Source: Octopus sinensis (lineage: Eukaryota). Taken from it: 64,000 nucleotides of DNA. Location: the NCBI RefSeq assembly GCF_006345805.1, contig NC_043004.1, forward strand, positions 81,096,001 to 81,160,000, written 5' to 3'. Made by a program: the position numbers and the translations under genes. Positions 24,940-38,757 of the stretch are shown here, one piece after another; within the stretch, counting starts at the first letter, position 1; the number at the start of each line of letters is the position of its first letter. Under the pieces are notes generated by a model that was not told the origin of the DNA, did no database searches, and saw only the letters and a list, made by a program, of their open reading frames with translations.

Positions 24940-25567
24940 TTGCTGGAAATAGCAAGCATGGTATTTGAAGAATGGCCATTATTTTAACTATATTTTGAAT
25001 ACACACCACACACACACACATACACACACACACAGACGGAGATATATATATCCAGATAGACATGAATATTTATGCTCATATATGTATGCGTTGGAGAGGG
25101 ATTGAGTAGGTATGCAAGAATAATCGTTCATGTGATGTGTTTTGACAAAGCAAAAAAAAATAAAATAAAAATTAACACACACACACACACACACACACAC
25201 ACCACACACACACACTCGCCCTTCCAGTTCCATCGAAGAAAATAAGTCACAGGTTGTGTTCAAGTGCAAAATTATTACGTTGGTGCCCAGAGAAACGGAA
25301 AGAGCTAATTGTTATGACGTTTCGGGCGTTCTCCTTCTTCAGAAGACAGCATGCAGGTGGTTGTGTAGTCACACGTTTACTGACTAACGACATCGCTCTG
25401 GGTACAGAGTTACTACGTGACCTCATGGACTATAGCCTCGGGTTGACGTGTCATCTACTATAGCCTCGGGTTGACGAAAGTCCGCTGAGTGGATTTGGTA
25501 GACGAAAACTAAAAGGAGCCCATAGTAAACACACACATGTAAATTTGTGTGTGTGCGTTTGTTTGTA

Positions 25568-25605
<38 letters not shown>

Positions 25606-25825
25606 TTTCTGTGTTTCTTCCCACCACCGCTTGACAACCGTTGCTGGTGTGTTTACGTCTTCGTAACTTTGCGGTTCGGCAAAAGTCACCGATACAATAA
25701 GTAAGAGGCTTAAAACGAAAATATACAGTAAGATCGATTAGTTCGATTAAAATTCCTCAAAGCGGTGCCGCAGCATGGCTGTTGTCTAATGACTGAAGCA
25801 AGTAAAAGATAAAAGAATGTATATA

Positions 25826-25863
<38 letters not shown>

Positions 25864-25868
<5 letters not shown>

Positions 25869-26081
25869 GAATGCTGGAAAAGTTCCTGGCTTTAAGGGTG
25901 TCATGAAAGGCCTGGTTGGAGGCCAAAGCTACCGAGTTCTTTTGCCCGGCTTAGAAAAACTGAAGGACGATTACAATAAGTGTGTGAGTCTGAGAGGGGA
26001 ATATGTTGAATAAAATCATAATTAACTGATCCTTCTGTATTTTCTTTTACCCAAAGCCAGGAACTTTTCCGCACCCCCTCG
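25864..26081 (+). mobile_element. 218-bp mariner-derived MITE
   Basis: Imperfect TIRs CGAG..GCTGGAAAAGTTCCTGGCTTT / AAAGCCAGGAACTTTTCCGCAC..CTCG, TA flanks, internal GLEKLKDDYNKCVSLRGEYVE* (mariner transposase C-terminus). Confidence 0.88.
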
Positions 26082-26298
26082 TATGTATGTGTTTTTTTTA
26101 TGTAAGGGTGTGTGTATGTGTGTTTTTTATCAAATAGCAGCGAACTTTTTGATGACACAAAAACTTAATAAAATTCTTCAAGGATTACTGAAGTTCGCCT
26201 TATGTTTAGCGTGACTATATATGACATGTACCGCTACATTTTGCTTATATTTGAAGGGAGAAAAATTATAAATCGGCTTCCGAATGTTTTAAACGGGT

Positions 26299-26379
<81 letters not shown>

Positions 26380-26409
26380 TATTATTATCATCATCATCAT
26401 CATCATCAT

Positions 26410-26943
26410 CATCAAAGTGACACTGGGGTAAAATATACGAAGCCCAGTATACCCATCCTGACTACACGTTTCATAAGGGTGCACTAGGCACATGCATCAC
26501 AAAAATATGTAGATAACATGGTGATCTCATATCAAGATAAACAGCACATGGCCATGCAGTTGGGGGCTCAGTTAGAATTTTCTTCTGTTCGAGTAACACA
26601 TCCCGCTCAAAAGGTCCCTGAATAAGGGTTGTTTAAGGATGTTGAAAGAACCACCCATGTTTCCAGAGGTGAGCTATTCAAACCCCAAAGAATCCCTCTC
26701 AACACATGGCTATGATGCTCCCCCACTAGTTCTGTTTCCAGAGATGCACGTATTGTCAGCCACTAAGGGACATGGTCAACTGGTTAAGGTCAAACAACTG
26801 ACAAGCAAATCTGTGGTATTGAGCAGAATATTTTTTCTGTAGCCCATCTTTTATACCAAGACAAAACAATGTACATGATAACACTTCCAATCAGTTAAGA
26901 TCAGAAGCTATGAGAGCCACCGCCTGGTACTTCATCAGGGCAT
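26410..26943 (-). mobile_element. Element X, near full length
   Basis: Reverse complement of 152-706; between (TTA)/(TCA) arrays. Confidence 0.88.
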
Positions 26944-27546
<603 letters not shown>

Positions 27547-27825
27547 CTTCAAATATTTTTGGAGCAGTGCATTTTATTTGCATTTCAGGAAAAAAAGTTT
27601 GATAGTGACTTTGAAGTTTGGGCATACTCGTAGATTTCACTTGGGTCTTTTTTGCCTTGTAGACAAACATGTATACGTATGTATAGTATGTGTGTGTACG
27701 TGTGTGTATGTGTGTGTGTGTCAGTGTGTTTTTGTGTCATTGTGTATACAAGAACATTTAGTTCTTTCACCTCATATTTTCGTATTTATATTGTTTCCCT
27801 GTTTATGATTTTTTTCTTCTTTTTT

Positions 27826-27858
27826 CTGATGAAGGTTAAGAGACCGAAACATCAAGAC
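27826..27858 (+). ncRNA. Minimal hammerhead-like motif (decayed)
   Basis: CTGATGA-A-GGT(taagag)ACC-GAAA-C-ATC-AAGAC; CATC would be CGTC before one CpG transition. Confidence 0.45.
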
Positions 27859-27962
27859 GCTTTCTATTCCTAACAGCATATTTTAGAAATTATCCCTCTG
27901 TTATTCTCCCCTGTCTTTTACTCACTGCTTAATATATATACACACATATATATGTATGTATG

Positions 27963-28070
<108 letters not shown>

Positions 28071-28179
28071 TGTGTGTGTGTGTGTGGTGTTGATATATAT
28101 ATATATATATGTGTGTGTGTGTATATATATGTATGTATATATATTATATATATATATATATATGTATTTATGTATATAT

Positions 28180-28211
<32 letters not shown>

Positions 28212-28630
28212 ATATATATATACACACACTCCATGTATGCATAAGTAAACTGCACCAAGGGAACTCAAATGTAATGTAAGAGACATAATGTGTGTTATAT
28301 ATCTTACGATGATGGGAGAGAGGAAATTGCGCGTGACCATCCTGAAGACTGGTAGGCTAAAGATACGTTCGTATGTAATTTGGTTGTTAAGTTTGTGTCT
28401 GTGCCTGTTTATATGTGTGTGTAAATATATTCATACTCACATATACAGAGGCACCTTATATATATATATACACACACACATGAATATACATATACAGCCG
28501 CGCACACATTTATGTATCTGTATTTTGTATGTAAAGGATATTTTGTATTAGACAGGTTACATTAATTAGAAATTTGTTCGTATGTATATAACATACATAC
28601 ATATATATATATATATACATACATACATAC

Positions 28631-28689
<59 letters not shown>

Positions 28690-28859
28690 ATATATTATAT
28701 ATATCAATATATATGTGTGTCTATGTATGTATTTATAATATGTATACATGTATGTATGTATGTATGTATGTTGTATGTATCTATGTATGTATACAAGTAT
28801 GTATATTCCAATTAAGACACACGTGCTAGGAGTAATGCATTTCGATATGTCTAGTCTGA

Positions 28860-28901
<42 letters not shown>

Positions 28902-29949
28902 GAAGAGCCAGATAGATAGTTACATAGATGAAAACGTATATATTTATTATAGCCATGGGAAAACGAGTACCGAGTAGATTCCACCAAAACGTAATTAGTT
29001 ATGATTTGTAACACACACGCACACGTATGTGGATGTGTGTGTTTGAAACTAATGCACACGTGTCGCTTCTTTTTAAAGAATATCATGCGATAGAATTTAG
29101 TCATTACTCTATATTGTGTTTCTATTTGTTCTGCAATGCCTCCGCCAGAGAGGGATATGTAGCTTCCATGGTCCTTCTTGTAAAGGCCTTCGTTTTCGTT
29201 GGATTGAAAACGATGTCCGTACTGTTAAAGCGGATATTGGACCCACAAGTTTGAAATGTTGCAGTTGTTTGGGCTCGTCTAAAGGAGCACAACGACCATA
29301 AAGTGATATTTGTTGTTGCTTAATACAAAGCCAGCTCTCCCTCCCTCCCTCTCTCTCTCCCCCTCTCTCTCTTTCTTTCTCTGTGTGGCTGTGTGGTAAG
29401 TAGCTTGCTTACCAACCACATGGTTCCGGGTTCACTCCCACCACGTGACACCTTGGGCAAGTGTCTTCTTCTATAGCCTCGGGCCGACCAAAGCCCTGTG
29501 AGTGAATTTGGTCGACGGAAACTGAAAGAAGTCCGTCGTATAAATGTATATACATATATGTATGTGTGTGTATATGTTTGTGTGATATTGAACCGAATGC
29601 CGCTTTAATTCTATGCTCTAAGATCATGATTGGTTCCACCGCTAGGAGGCCTCTCATGTTCTGTCTACAAAATTTCATACACACTGGTCCTCCGTCGGTT
29701 ACGGTGAAGAGCGGTCCAGCTGACCCGATCAACGGAACAACTTACTCGTGAGATTAACGTGCAACTAGCTGAACACTCCACAAACACGTGTGAACCCTTA
29801 ATGTAGTTCTTAGGGAGATTGATCGTGATGCAGAATGAGACGAGGTTAGCCCTTTGAAGATCAGGTACAACTCATTTTTGAAATAAAGTGTCTTGCTCAA
29901 GGGAACAGTGTATCGCTGGCATGTGTGAGTGTGTGTGTGTGTATGTACT

Positions 29950-30227
29950 CTTTACTCTTTTTGCTTTTTCATTTGTTTCAGTCATTTGACTGCGGTCATG
30001 CTGGAGCACCTCCTTTAGTCGAGCAAATCAACCCCAGGACTTATTATTTATAAACCTAGTACTTATTCTATCGGTCTCTTTTGCTGAACCGCTAATTTAC
30101 GGGGACGTAAACACATCACCATCGGTTGTCAAGCTATGTTTGTGTATGTGGGGGGGGAAGGTCAAACACAGACACACAAACATAACACACACACATACAT
30201 ATATATATATAATATATATAATATATA

Positions 30228-30258
<31 letters not shown>

Positions 30259-30410
30259 CGACGGGCTTCTTCCGTTCCGTCTACCAAATCCACTCACAAG
30301 GCTTTAGTCGGCCCGAGGCTATAGAAGAAGACACTTGCCCAAGGTGCCACGCAGTGGGACTGAACCCGGAACCATGTGGTTCGTAAGCAAGCTACTTACC
30401 ACACAGCCAC
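29950..30410 (-). mobile_element. SINE family A; + strand head fragment at ~29385-29560
   Basis: Tail, microsatellite core and head present. Confidence 0.85.
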
Positions 30411-30470
30411 ACAGAGAAAAAGAGAGAGAGGGATAGAGCTGGCTTTATATTAAGCAACAACAAAGCGTTA

Positions 30471-31835
30471 AACAAAACCAGAGCACTCAGAGAGTGCAAA
30501 CCTCCGCCAAGGCAACACCAACGTCCTCTCAACGATTAGCCAGAGATGAATTTTAAAATGAGAATATCTGAAATAAACTCGACTGCTCTCACAAACGAGA
30601 ATACTAAAAATGAACCCGACCGCTCTCAAAAAATCCAGAATCCATGTCCGGTGCCTGATTGATCCCAATGGTAATCATGGAATGTGAAGGTGGATGTGCG
30701 GGTCATGTTTGTAATGCTGTGTGTGTATGTCGACTGCAGTGAGAACAGGGACAGTTTTCTCTATGAAGGCCTTTTTTAGTCTCTTCACTGATATAGTGTC
30801 TTTATGACCATTAAGGTCTATAGTGAAAAATTTATCCGTTCGGTTTGGAAAACGGAAAGGTCCTGCATACGGTGCTATTAACGGAATTTAACAGCATCGT
30901 TGCGCGCAAAAATCCTGAATCCAAGAAGTAAAGCTTCCTTCAAGGCAGAGCTAGAAATACAATTGTCAAGTAGGTAAGAGGTTTTACAATATGTTCAAAA
31001 TTGGTAAAACAAAAAATTGTCGAGAATAAATTAAATCTATTATTGATACTGAATATGTTAACGTTATTTAATTTCTGAACGCAGGCGCAGGAGTGGATGT
31101 GGGGTATGTAGCTTGTTCAGCGTGGCACCTTGGGCAAGTGTCTTCTACTATAGCCTCGGGTCGACCAAAATCTTGGGAATGGATTTGGTAATGGAAACTG
31201 AAAGAAGCCCGTCATATATATATATGTGTGCTTGTCCCCCAACATCGCTTGACAACCGATGCTGGTGTGTTTATGTCCCCGTAACTCAGCGGTTCGGCAA
31301 AAGAGAACCGATAGAATGAGTACTAGGCTTACAAAGAATAAGTCCTGGGGTTGATTTACTCGACTAAAGGCGGTGCTCCAGCATGGCCACAGTCAAATGA
31401 CTGAAACAAGTAAAAGAAAGTAAAAGAAAGAACGGTTTTGCTGTCGTTTGGTTTCTTTATCTATCAGTCTCTAAAATGATAGAGACGTGAGTAAAATTGA
31501 AAATAGAGAAACGAAAATAAAACTTTGGAAATAGCGACACTACAATAACCTACGTAGAAACCATGAGCGTGCTTTCAAGGAAGATAATCAGAGAAAGACT
31601 TGAAAGTCAACGTAAGATCGTAATACTTCATGTAAAGCAAATATAACAAATAATCCAGAATTCTTGTCTGGTACCGGTTTGATCCCAAAATCTAATCAGT
31701 TTGTGCTAGTCACGAGGCCAAACATCCCTGAAAGTTTCATCCGAATCCACCCAGCGGTTCTTGGGATATCTTGTCCACGGATTAACAAACACGACTAAAA
31801 CAATACCTGCGCCTTCGCTAAAGCAGAGGCAATAA
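30471..31835 (+). mobile_element. Two overlapping halves (30471-30668 and 31650-31835) of a Helentron-like non-autonomous element
   Basis: Start GCACTCAGAGAGTGCAAACCTCCGCCAAGGC; AAAGTTTCATCCGAATCC motif; terminal hairpin CCTGCGCC..GCAGAGG; shared ATCCAGAAT..GATCCCAA segment. Confidence 0.45.
31083..31430 (+). mobile_element. SINE family A, internally deleted
   Basis: Head and tail present. Confidence 0.82.
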
Positions 31836-32144
31836 AGATTTCCGTACGTGACATTTACCTCCCAGTTTCGTCGCACGGTGTCTGTATTCTCCCACAAGGC
31901 ATTGGTTCGCCCTTGGTTATACAGTAAAAGACACTTGCCCACGGTGTCACAATGTGGGACTGAACCCAAAATCAAGTGGTTGCAGAGCAAAGTTCTTAAA
32001 CCCCTTCCCCAAGTTCCTTCTCCACCACCACCACCAAAACCAAAAAAGGGGCGGGAAAATGATGGAAGGTCCAAAGACAAAAAGTGATCATACCACGATA
32101 CGAACGCGGAGAGTAAACTGTCAGAGGCAATACTACAAGTCGGC

Positions 32145-33000
32145 GAGATGGCAGAATCGTTAGCACTCCGGTCAAAATGCTTAGTGGTATTTTGTCTGCC
32201 GTTACGTTCTGAGTTCAAATTCCGCCGAGGTCGACTTTGCTTTTCGGAGTCGATTAAATAAGTACCAGTTACACACTGAGGTCGATGTAATTGACTTAAT
32301 CCCTTTGTGTGTCCTTGTTCGTCCCCTCTATATTTACCCCACTGTGGGCAATGAAGAAATAAATACATATGCGCAGGAGTGGCTGTGTGGGAAGTAGCTT
32401 CCTTACCAACCACATGGTTCCGGGTTCAGTCCCACCGCGTGCCTCCTTGGACAAGTGTCTTCTACTATAGCCTCGGGCCGACTAAAGCCTTGTGAGTGGA
32501 TTTGGTTGACGGAAACTGAAAGAAGCCCATATGTATATATATGTATATGCATGTGTGTTTGTGTGTCTGTGTTTGTCCCCCTAGCATTGCTTGACAACTG
32601 ATGCTGGTGTGTTTATGTCCCCGTCACTTAGCGGTTCGGCAAAAGAGACCGATAGAATAAGTAGTGGGCTTACAAAGAATAAGTCCCGGGGTCGATTTGA
32701 TCGACTAAAGGTGGTGTTCCAGCATGACCGCAGTCAAATGACTGAAACAAGTAAAAGATATATATATATATATGTATGTATGTATGTATGTGTGTGTATA
32801 TGTTTGTGTGTCTGTGTTTGTCCCCCACCCAACATCGCTTGACAATCGATGGTGGTAAATTAGCGGTTCGGCAAAAGATTCCGATAGAATAATTACCTGG
32901 CTTACAAAGCATAAGTCCTGGGGTCGATTTGCTCGACTAAAGGCGGTGCTCCAGCATGGCCGCATTCAAATAACTGAAACAAGTAAAAGAGAAAAAGAGA
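32145..33000 (+). mobile_element. SINE B (32145-32365), SINE A (32368-32760) and a duplicated SINE A 3' half
   Basis: Homology to the other family copies. Confidence 0.85.
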
Positions 33001-33249
33001 CAAGAAGTGGTATTATCTGGTGCTCTAATGACACACTGCCAACTCGACGCTCGTAGAATGGTAAAAATGATGCTTTGTGAAATAGTTATGAGAAAAAGGA
33101 GACTTCTTGGTTTAATGTATAAACCAATGTCTTGTCATATGGAAACTGGTAGAATATTGAAATTGATCTGACCGAGGAGGTCTATTACTGGCTGTTTAAT
33201 TAGTTGATATGGTTGACTGGGTGCGTGAATACCGAATATGTTTGTGATT

Positions 33250-33660
33250 ATTAGGATGGTGGTGGCGGCGGCGACGGTGGTGGTGGTTGTAGGTAGTGGT
33301 GGTGGTTGTGGGTAGTGGTGGTGGTGGTTGTAGGTAGTGGTGGTTGTGGTGGTGGTGGTGGTGGTGGTGGTGGTGGTGGTGGTGGTGATGTGTGGTGGTT
33401 GTTGTGGGTAGTGGTGGTGGTGGGTAGTGGTGGTTGTGGCGGTGGTGGTGGTGGTGGTGGTGGTGGTGGTGGCGGATGCGGCGACGGTGGTGGTGGTTGT
33501 AGGTAGTGGTGGTGGTGGGTAGTGGTGGTGGTGATGGATAGCGGTGGTAATGTCTGTGACTAGTATTGGTGATGGTGGCGGTCGTTATTGTGATGGAGGA
33601 GGTGAGGATGGTACTCAAGCTGACGGTTGTGGTGGTGGTGGTGGTGGTGGTGGTGGTGAC
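33250..33660. repeat. Imperfect (GGT)n array
   Basis: Read directly. Confidence 0.92.
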
Positions 33661-33896
33661 GGTTCTCGGTAACAATGGTTTGAAATATTGGCACAAGGCC
33701 AGCAATTTCGGGGTGGAAAATAACGCTTCTGCCAGCTCACCGCCTTCTAACACGAACATCATAAATAACAACAAACACGGCAGCAACAATAACATCAGGA
33801 AGAAGAGTAACAACAACAGTACGGCAAAAACTACTGTGATATATCTACGGCTAGATATGTGTTAGGTCTATTGTCGTAACATAAGCTGTTATATCA

Positions 33897-33931
<35 letters not shown>

Positions 33932-33934
33932 TCA

Positions 33935-34002
<68 letters not shown>

Positions 34003-34123
34003 TAAAATGGGCTTCTTTCAGTTTCCAGATACTAAATCTACTCACAAGGCTTTGGTTGGCCCGAAGCTATAGTAGAAGACACTTGCCTAATGTACCACTC
34101 AGTGGGACTGATATATATGTATA

Positions 34124-34500
34124 CTAGCAGTGTCATCCGGCGTTGCTCGGGTTTGTTTCGACTCTTTAGAATTGGAATTTTTGAAAAGTAAAAATTTTGC
34201 ATTATGTAGCTTGTTATTCGCTTTAAGTGAACATTTTTCTGGTTGAAATACACCGAAAAATGGCGACACAGCAGTCAAACAATTGTAAAAAATAGGGATT
34301 TTCATAGAAAGAAAAGCACCTTTTAGATGTAAATAATTTTTGGTGTTAACATGGTCCAATTTGAATTTTATCTTCTACGGAATGAAGAGCAAGCCTTCTA
34401 TCATACACTCAATTTTGGTCAACTTGCGCCGCGGGGTCTCGGAGGAGATAGTGTTAGTTGAAGGCTGCCAAACCTGCCACACACTGACAACTTCAACACA
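34124..34500 (-). mobile_element. Non-autonomous Helitron truncating a SINE A
   Basis: CTAG at 34124-34127 next to hairpin TCCGGCGTTGCTCGGG; same end architecture as 38838-39276; 5' end lost in (CA)/(CT) repeats. Confidence 0.7.
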
Positions 34501-34839
34501 CACACACACACTCTCTCTCTCTTTCTCTCTCTTTCTCCCTCTCTCTCTCTCTCTCTCTCATACATGTAATTATGGAGGCATTATTATGGTACATATATGA
34601 GTGTATGTATGTATGTATGTATGTATGTATGTATGTATGTATGAATGTAAGTATGTATGCATGTATGCATTCATGTATACGTGGAATCACGCGACAGTCA
34701 GCTGACATAGCAACGATCGTGAAAGTGGAGTGGCCATATTTATAAACCACAATAGACTCGCGGACACAAAACAGAATTTAGTTAACACAAAAAATAACAG
34801 CAAACGTAATATTTAGGATAGGAACTATCACAAAACTTT

Positions 34840-35542
34840 TGTCTTTTACTACTACCAATGCTGTGATCAGTACCATCACCACCATAACCACCAGCACAAC
34901 CACCACCACCGCCGCTATCAACACCACTATTATCATCATCATCATCGCCACCAGCACCACCAGCATCACCACCTCCACCACCACAACAACCATAAGCAAC
35001 ACCACTGCAATCACCACTACCACCACAACTACCATTATGATCATCACCGTCACCTCCATTTATCATAACCACTATCACTACCACCACCATCGCCAACATT
35101 ACAATCACCATCAACACCGCCAACTCCACCACCATCATCACCGCGTTCACCACCACCTCTATCACTAGTACTATCACCACTACCACCACCATTATCACCT
35201 TCCACACCTACCACCACAGCCACCATCGTCTGACGTGCATCTACCATCACAAACAGCTATACTGAAGGCCACGCTGGAGCACCGTCATGTCTAAATTAAG
35301 AATTACTTAACATTTGATTTCAATTGTAAGTTCCTTTACATAAAGGAAATAACTGAAACGTCATCTGAAGCCATCACAGCCACCACCATCATCATCACGA
35401 CCAGCACCAGCACCACCACCAACATCAGCGACACCATTATTAGAAACGCCTACAGCACCACTAGAACTGCTAGTCACATAATCACTGCTACCACAACTAC
35501 TACAACTGCTACTACTAACAGTACTACCGCCACCAATGCTAT

Positions 35543-35640
<98 letters not shown>
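34840..35640. repeat. Degenerate (ACC)/(CAT)/(ACT)/(GCT) low-complexity tract
   Basis: Read directly. Confidence 0.88.
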
Positions 35641-35641
<1 letters not shown>

Positions 35642-35827
35642 AAGTGTAGCATTATTAGCAATATGAAGTTTGTTGATTATTTTGATTCCGTATGGGAACC
35701 ATCGTCGTCAACGCTATTTCAAAAGTATTGGCTTTGAGAAAAGATGTTATAACACATTGGTAAATGTAGTTCTTGGTACACTAATCTTAAATAAGACACA
35801 TCATTATTTACGGTCTCTATATGCATG

Positions 35828-35872
<45 letters not shown>

Positions 35873-36124
35873 TAACGATTTAGGAGTGACCCCAACAGGT
35901 CACTCGTCCACCAGAAAGAGCAGCCATAACTCACACCGCCAAGTATTATTAATTCAGAAATTAGGTGAAAATTTAAAAACATTTACCCTAATTCATCTTT
36001 TAGACGTTGCAACGTTTCTGTGTCATTAATGATTAAATTAGCTTAATTAAATTAAATTAAGCCAATCTACCATAGGTTACACTTCATCAGTATATATATA
36101 TATATATATATATATATGGTACGT

Positions 36125-36230
36125 TGGTACCAACGGGTCGAATGGTGGTCGGCAGAGATGAAATAGAGGAGGTAAAGGAATATGTCTACCTGGGACAGGC
36201 AGTGAATATGTGCCGAGATTTAAGTAGGGT
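36125..36230 (+). pseudogene. Short RTE-like LINE reverse transcriptase fragment
   Basis: EIEEVKEYVYLGQAVNM resembles the post-YADD YxYLG motif of RTE-clade RTs. Confidence 0.5.
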
Positions 36231-37042
36231 CAAAGTTGGGAACAGAAACAGGACAGTGGAGACATACAAGGAAACCGAACGAAAGCAAACATGGAGGATC
36301 GTTAGACCAGAACGAAGGTAATATATATATATACAGTTGAAATTTATAGAAAAACAAATGACGAATACATGTGTAATGAACAACAAGTAGGCGTATTAGT
36401 TTAACGCGTATCGGCCCAAGAGATCGTTGGAATAGTATATACTGGGGTCGAATTATTTGATAAAATCCTTGCAGCTGGGCTGCAATTTAGTGACCGCAGC
36501 AAATAAAACCTAAAAGATAGAAGGTTTAAAATGTTACTTGGGGTAATATGGTCTGAAGTATACGTCACCCCTCAAAAATTGGACCTTGCTGGGGCGCCGC
36601 CTAGAAGTGTTTAGTCGAATGAACGGAACTTCTGACTTACTTTTAAAGTCTAGTATTTATTCTATTGTCGCTTTTTGCTGATCTGCTAGGTCACGGGGAC
36701 GTAGGAAGCAAACACACCAACACCGGTTGCCAAGCAGTGACTGGGGTGGGGGCAACCACGCTTGCGCACGCACACTACGGCTTTCATTCACAAACCATTG
36801 ATCGATAGGGGTTAACAGTAGAAGACACTTCCCGAAGGTGCAGGGCAATCGATAGAAAACAACAGTAGAGAACATATGCGCAAGGCGCAGGGCAATGGAA
36901 CTGAACCTGCGGCCGTGTGATTCGTAAGCAAACTTCTTACCATGCAGCCATGCCTGACTCATCTGGATCATGGCCGCGATTGGAACTAAGTAACAAAATA
37001 ACAAGTCCGATTACCCGAAAATAAAACAACACTCGCAACATA

Positions 37043-37834
37043 CCTATTTCTTTACTACCCACAAGGGGCTAAACACAGAGGGGACAAACAAGGACAGACA
37101 AACGGATTTAAGTCGATTACATCGACCCCAGTGCGTAACTGGTACTTATTTAATCGACCCCGAAAGGATGAAAAGCAAAGTCGACCTCGGCGGAATTTGA
37201 ACTCAGAACGTAGCGGCAGACGAAATACCTATTTCTTTACTACCCACAAGGGGCTAAACACAGAGGGGTCAAACAAGGACAGACAAACGGATTTAAGTCG
37301 ATTACATCGACCCCAGTGCATAACTGGTACTTATTTAATCGACCCCGAAAGGATGAAAAGCAAAGTCGACCTCGGCGGAATTTGAACTCAGAACGTAGCG
37401 GCAGACGAAATACCTATTTCTTTACTACCCACAAGGGGCTAAACACAGAGGGGACAAACAAGGACAGACAAACGGATTAAGTCGATTACATCGACCCCAG
37501 TGCGTAACTGGTACTTATTTAATCGACCCCGAAAGGATGAAAGGCAAAGTCGACCTCGGCGGAATTTGAACTCAGAACGTAACGGCAGACGAAATACCTA
37601 TTTCTTTACTACCCACAAGGGGCTAAACACAGAGGGGTCAAACAAGGACAGACAAACGGATTAAGTCGATCACATCGACCCCAGTGCGTAACTAGTACTT
37701 ATTTAATCGACCCCGAAAGGATGAAAGGCAAAGTCGACCTCGGCGGAATTTGAACTCAGAACGTAACGGCAGACGAAATACTACGGCTACGTATTTCGCC
37801 CGGCGTGCTAACGATTCTGCCAGCTCTCCGCCCT
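37043..37834 (-). mobile_element. SINE B: one head followed by four 184-185-bp tandem bodies, 16-bp TSD
   Basis: Units start at 37041, 37226, 37411, 37595; CAACACTCGCAACATA at 37027-37042 and 37835-37850. Confidence 0.93.
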
Positions 37835-38200
37835 CAACACTCGCAACATATCGTTAAATAATTAACAACCAACAAAGCACTTGAATCCCCTGCTCTGATG
37901 GTCCTGTGATTTGATAGTCTGGCGACTTGTATGATTGTTCTTCCCATTTAGTCACATGTTATGTTGTCCTGCGTTTCGTGTTTTTAATGTTGCGTGTGTG
38001 GTCCACTCAATATGTCGTCTGCGTAATTTGTCGTCTGTTCAGTGAGTCTTTTTGCGTTTTACTCTTTTTCCGGCAGAAGCGATTGTCCTTTGTATCTAAC
38101 AATCATTCTTTCAACTTCACCATCTTATCCGTTTTCCAGTTACCCTTCACATTCCGCCAAATCTCATCTTTTCACTTTTTCCACTTATCATATTTCTAAA

Positions 38201-38243
<43 letters not shown>

Positions 38244-38254
38244 GCACATACACA

Positions 38255-38700
38255 CGAATTGCACACGCATGGACACATCGGGAAGCACGTAATCACGTAA
38301 ACACACTCACGTGCCCACACACACACATACACATACACGCGAGCGCTTACGCACACAGACACACATACAGGCACACACACAAAAATACATGCGCGCGCGC
38401 ACACACACACACATACACACACACAGATGCACACGCATGGACACATCGGGAAGCACGCAATCACGCAAACACACTCACGCGCTCACACACACACACAGAC
38501 ACACACACACTCACGCGCCCACACATGCACAGACACACATACACATACACACATGGACACATCGCGAAGCACGCAATCACGCAAACACTTTCACGCGCCC
38601 ACACACACACATACACATACGCACGCAGGCACACACATACGCGCGAGCGCATGTACTCATGGACACATAGAGAAGCACGTACGCACAAAGCAACGCTATT
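38255..38700. repeat. CA-rich minisatellite with recurring GGACACATCG(G/C)GAAGCACG(T/C)AATCACG core
   Basis: Three to four core copies separated by (CA)n spacers. Confidence 0.85.
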
Positions 38701-38757
38701 TACAGATACATAAATGCACAGATACAGCCTAATTACGCACATGAATATATATACACA

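Noticed and set aside
30780-30975. Possible exon ending at AG|GTAAGA
   Set aside because: Stops in all frames and no homology recognised.
37041-37778. CRISPR-like array
   Set aside because: Units are contiguous 185-bp SINE bodies with no unique spacers, no cas genes, in eukaryotic context.
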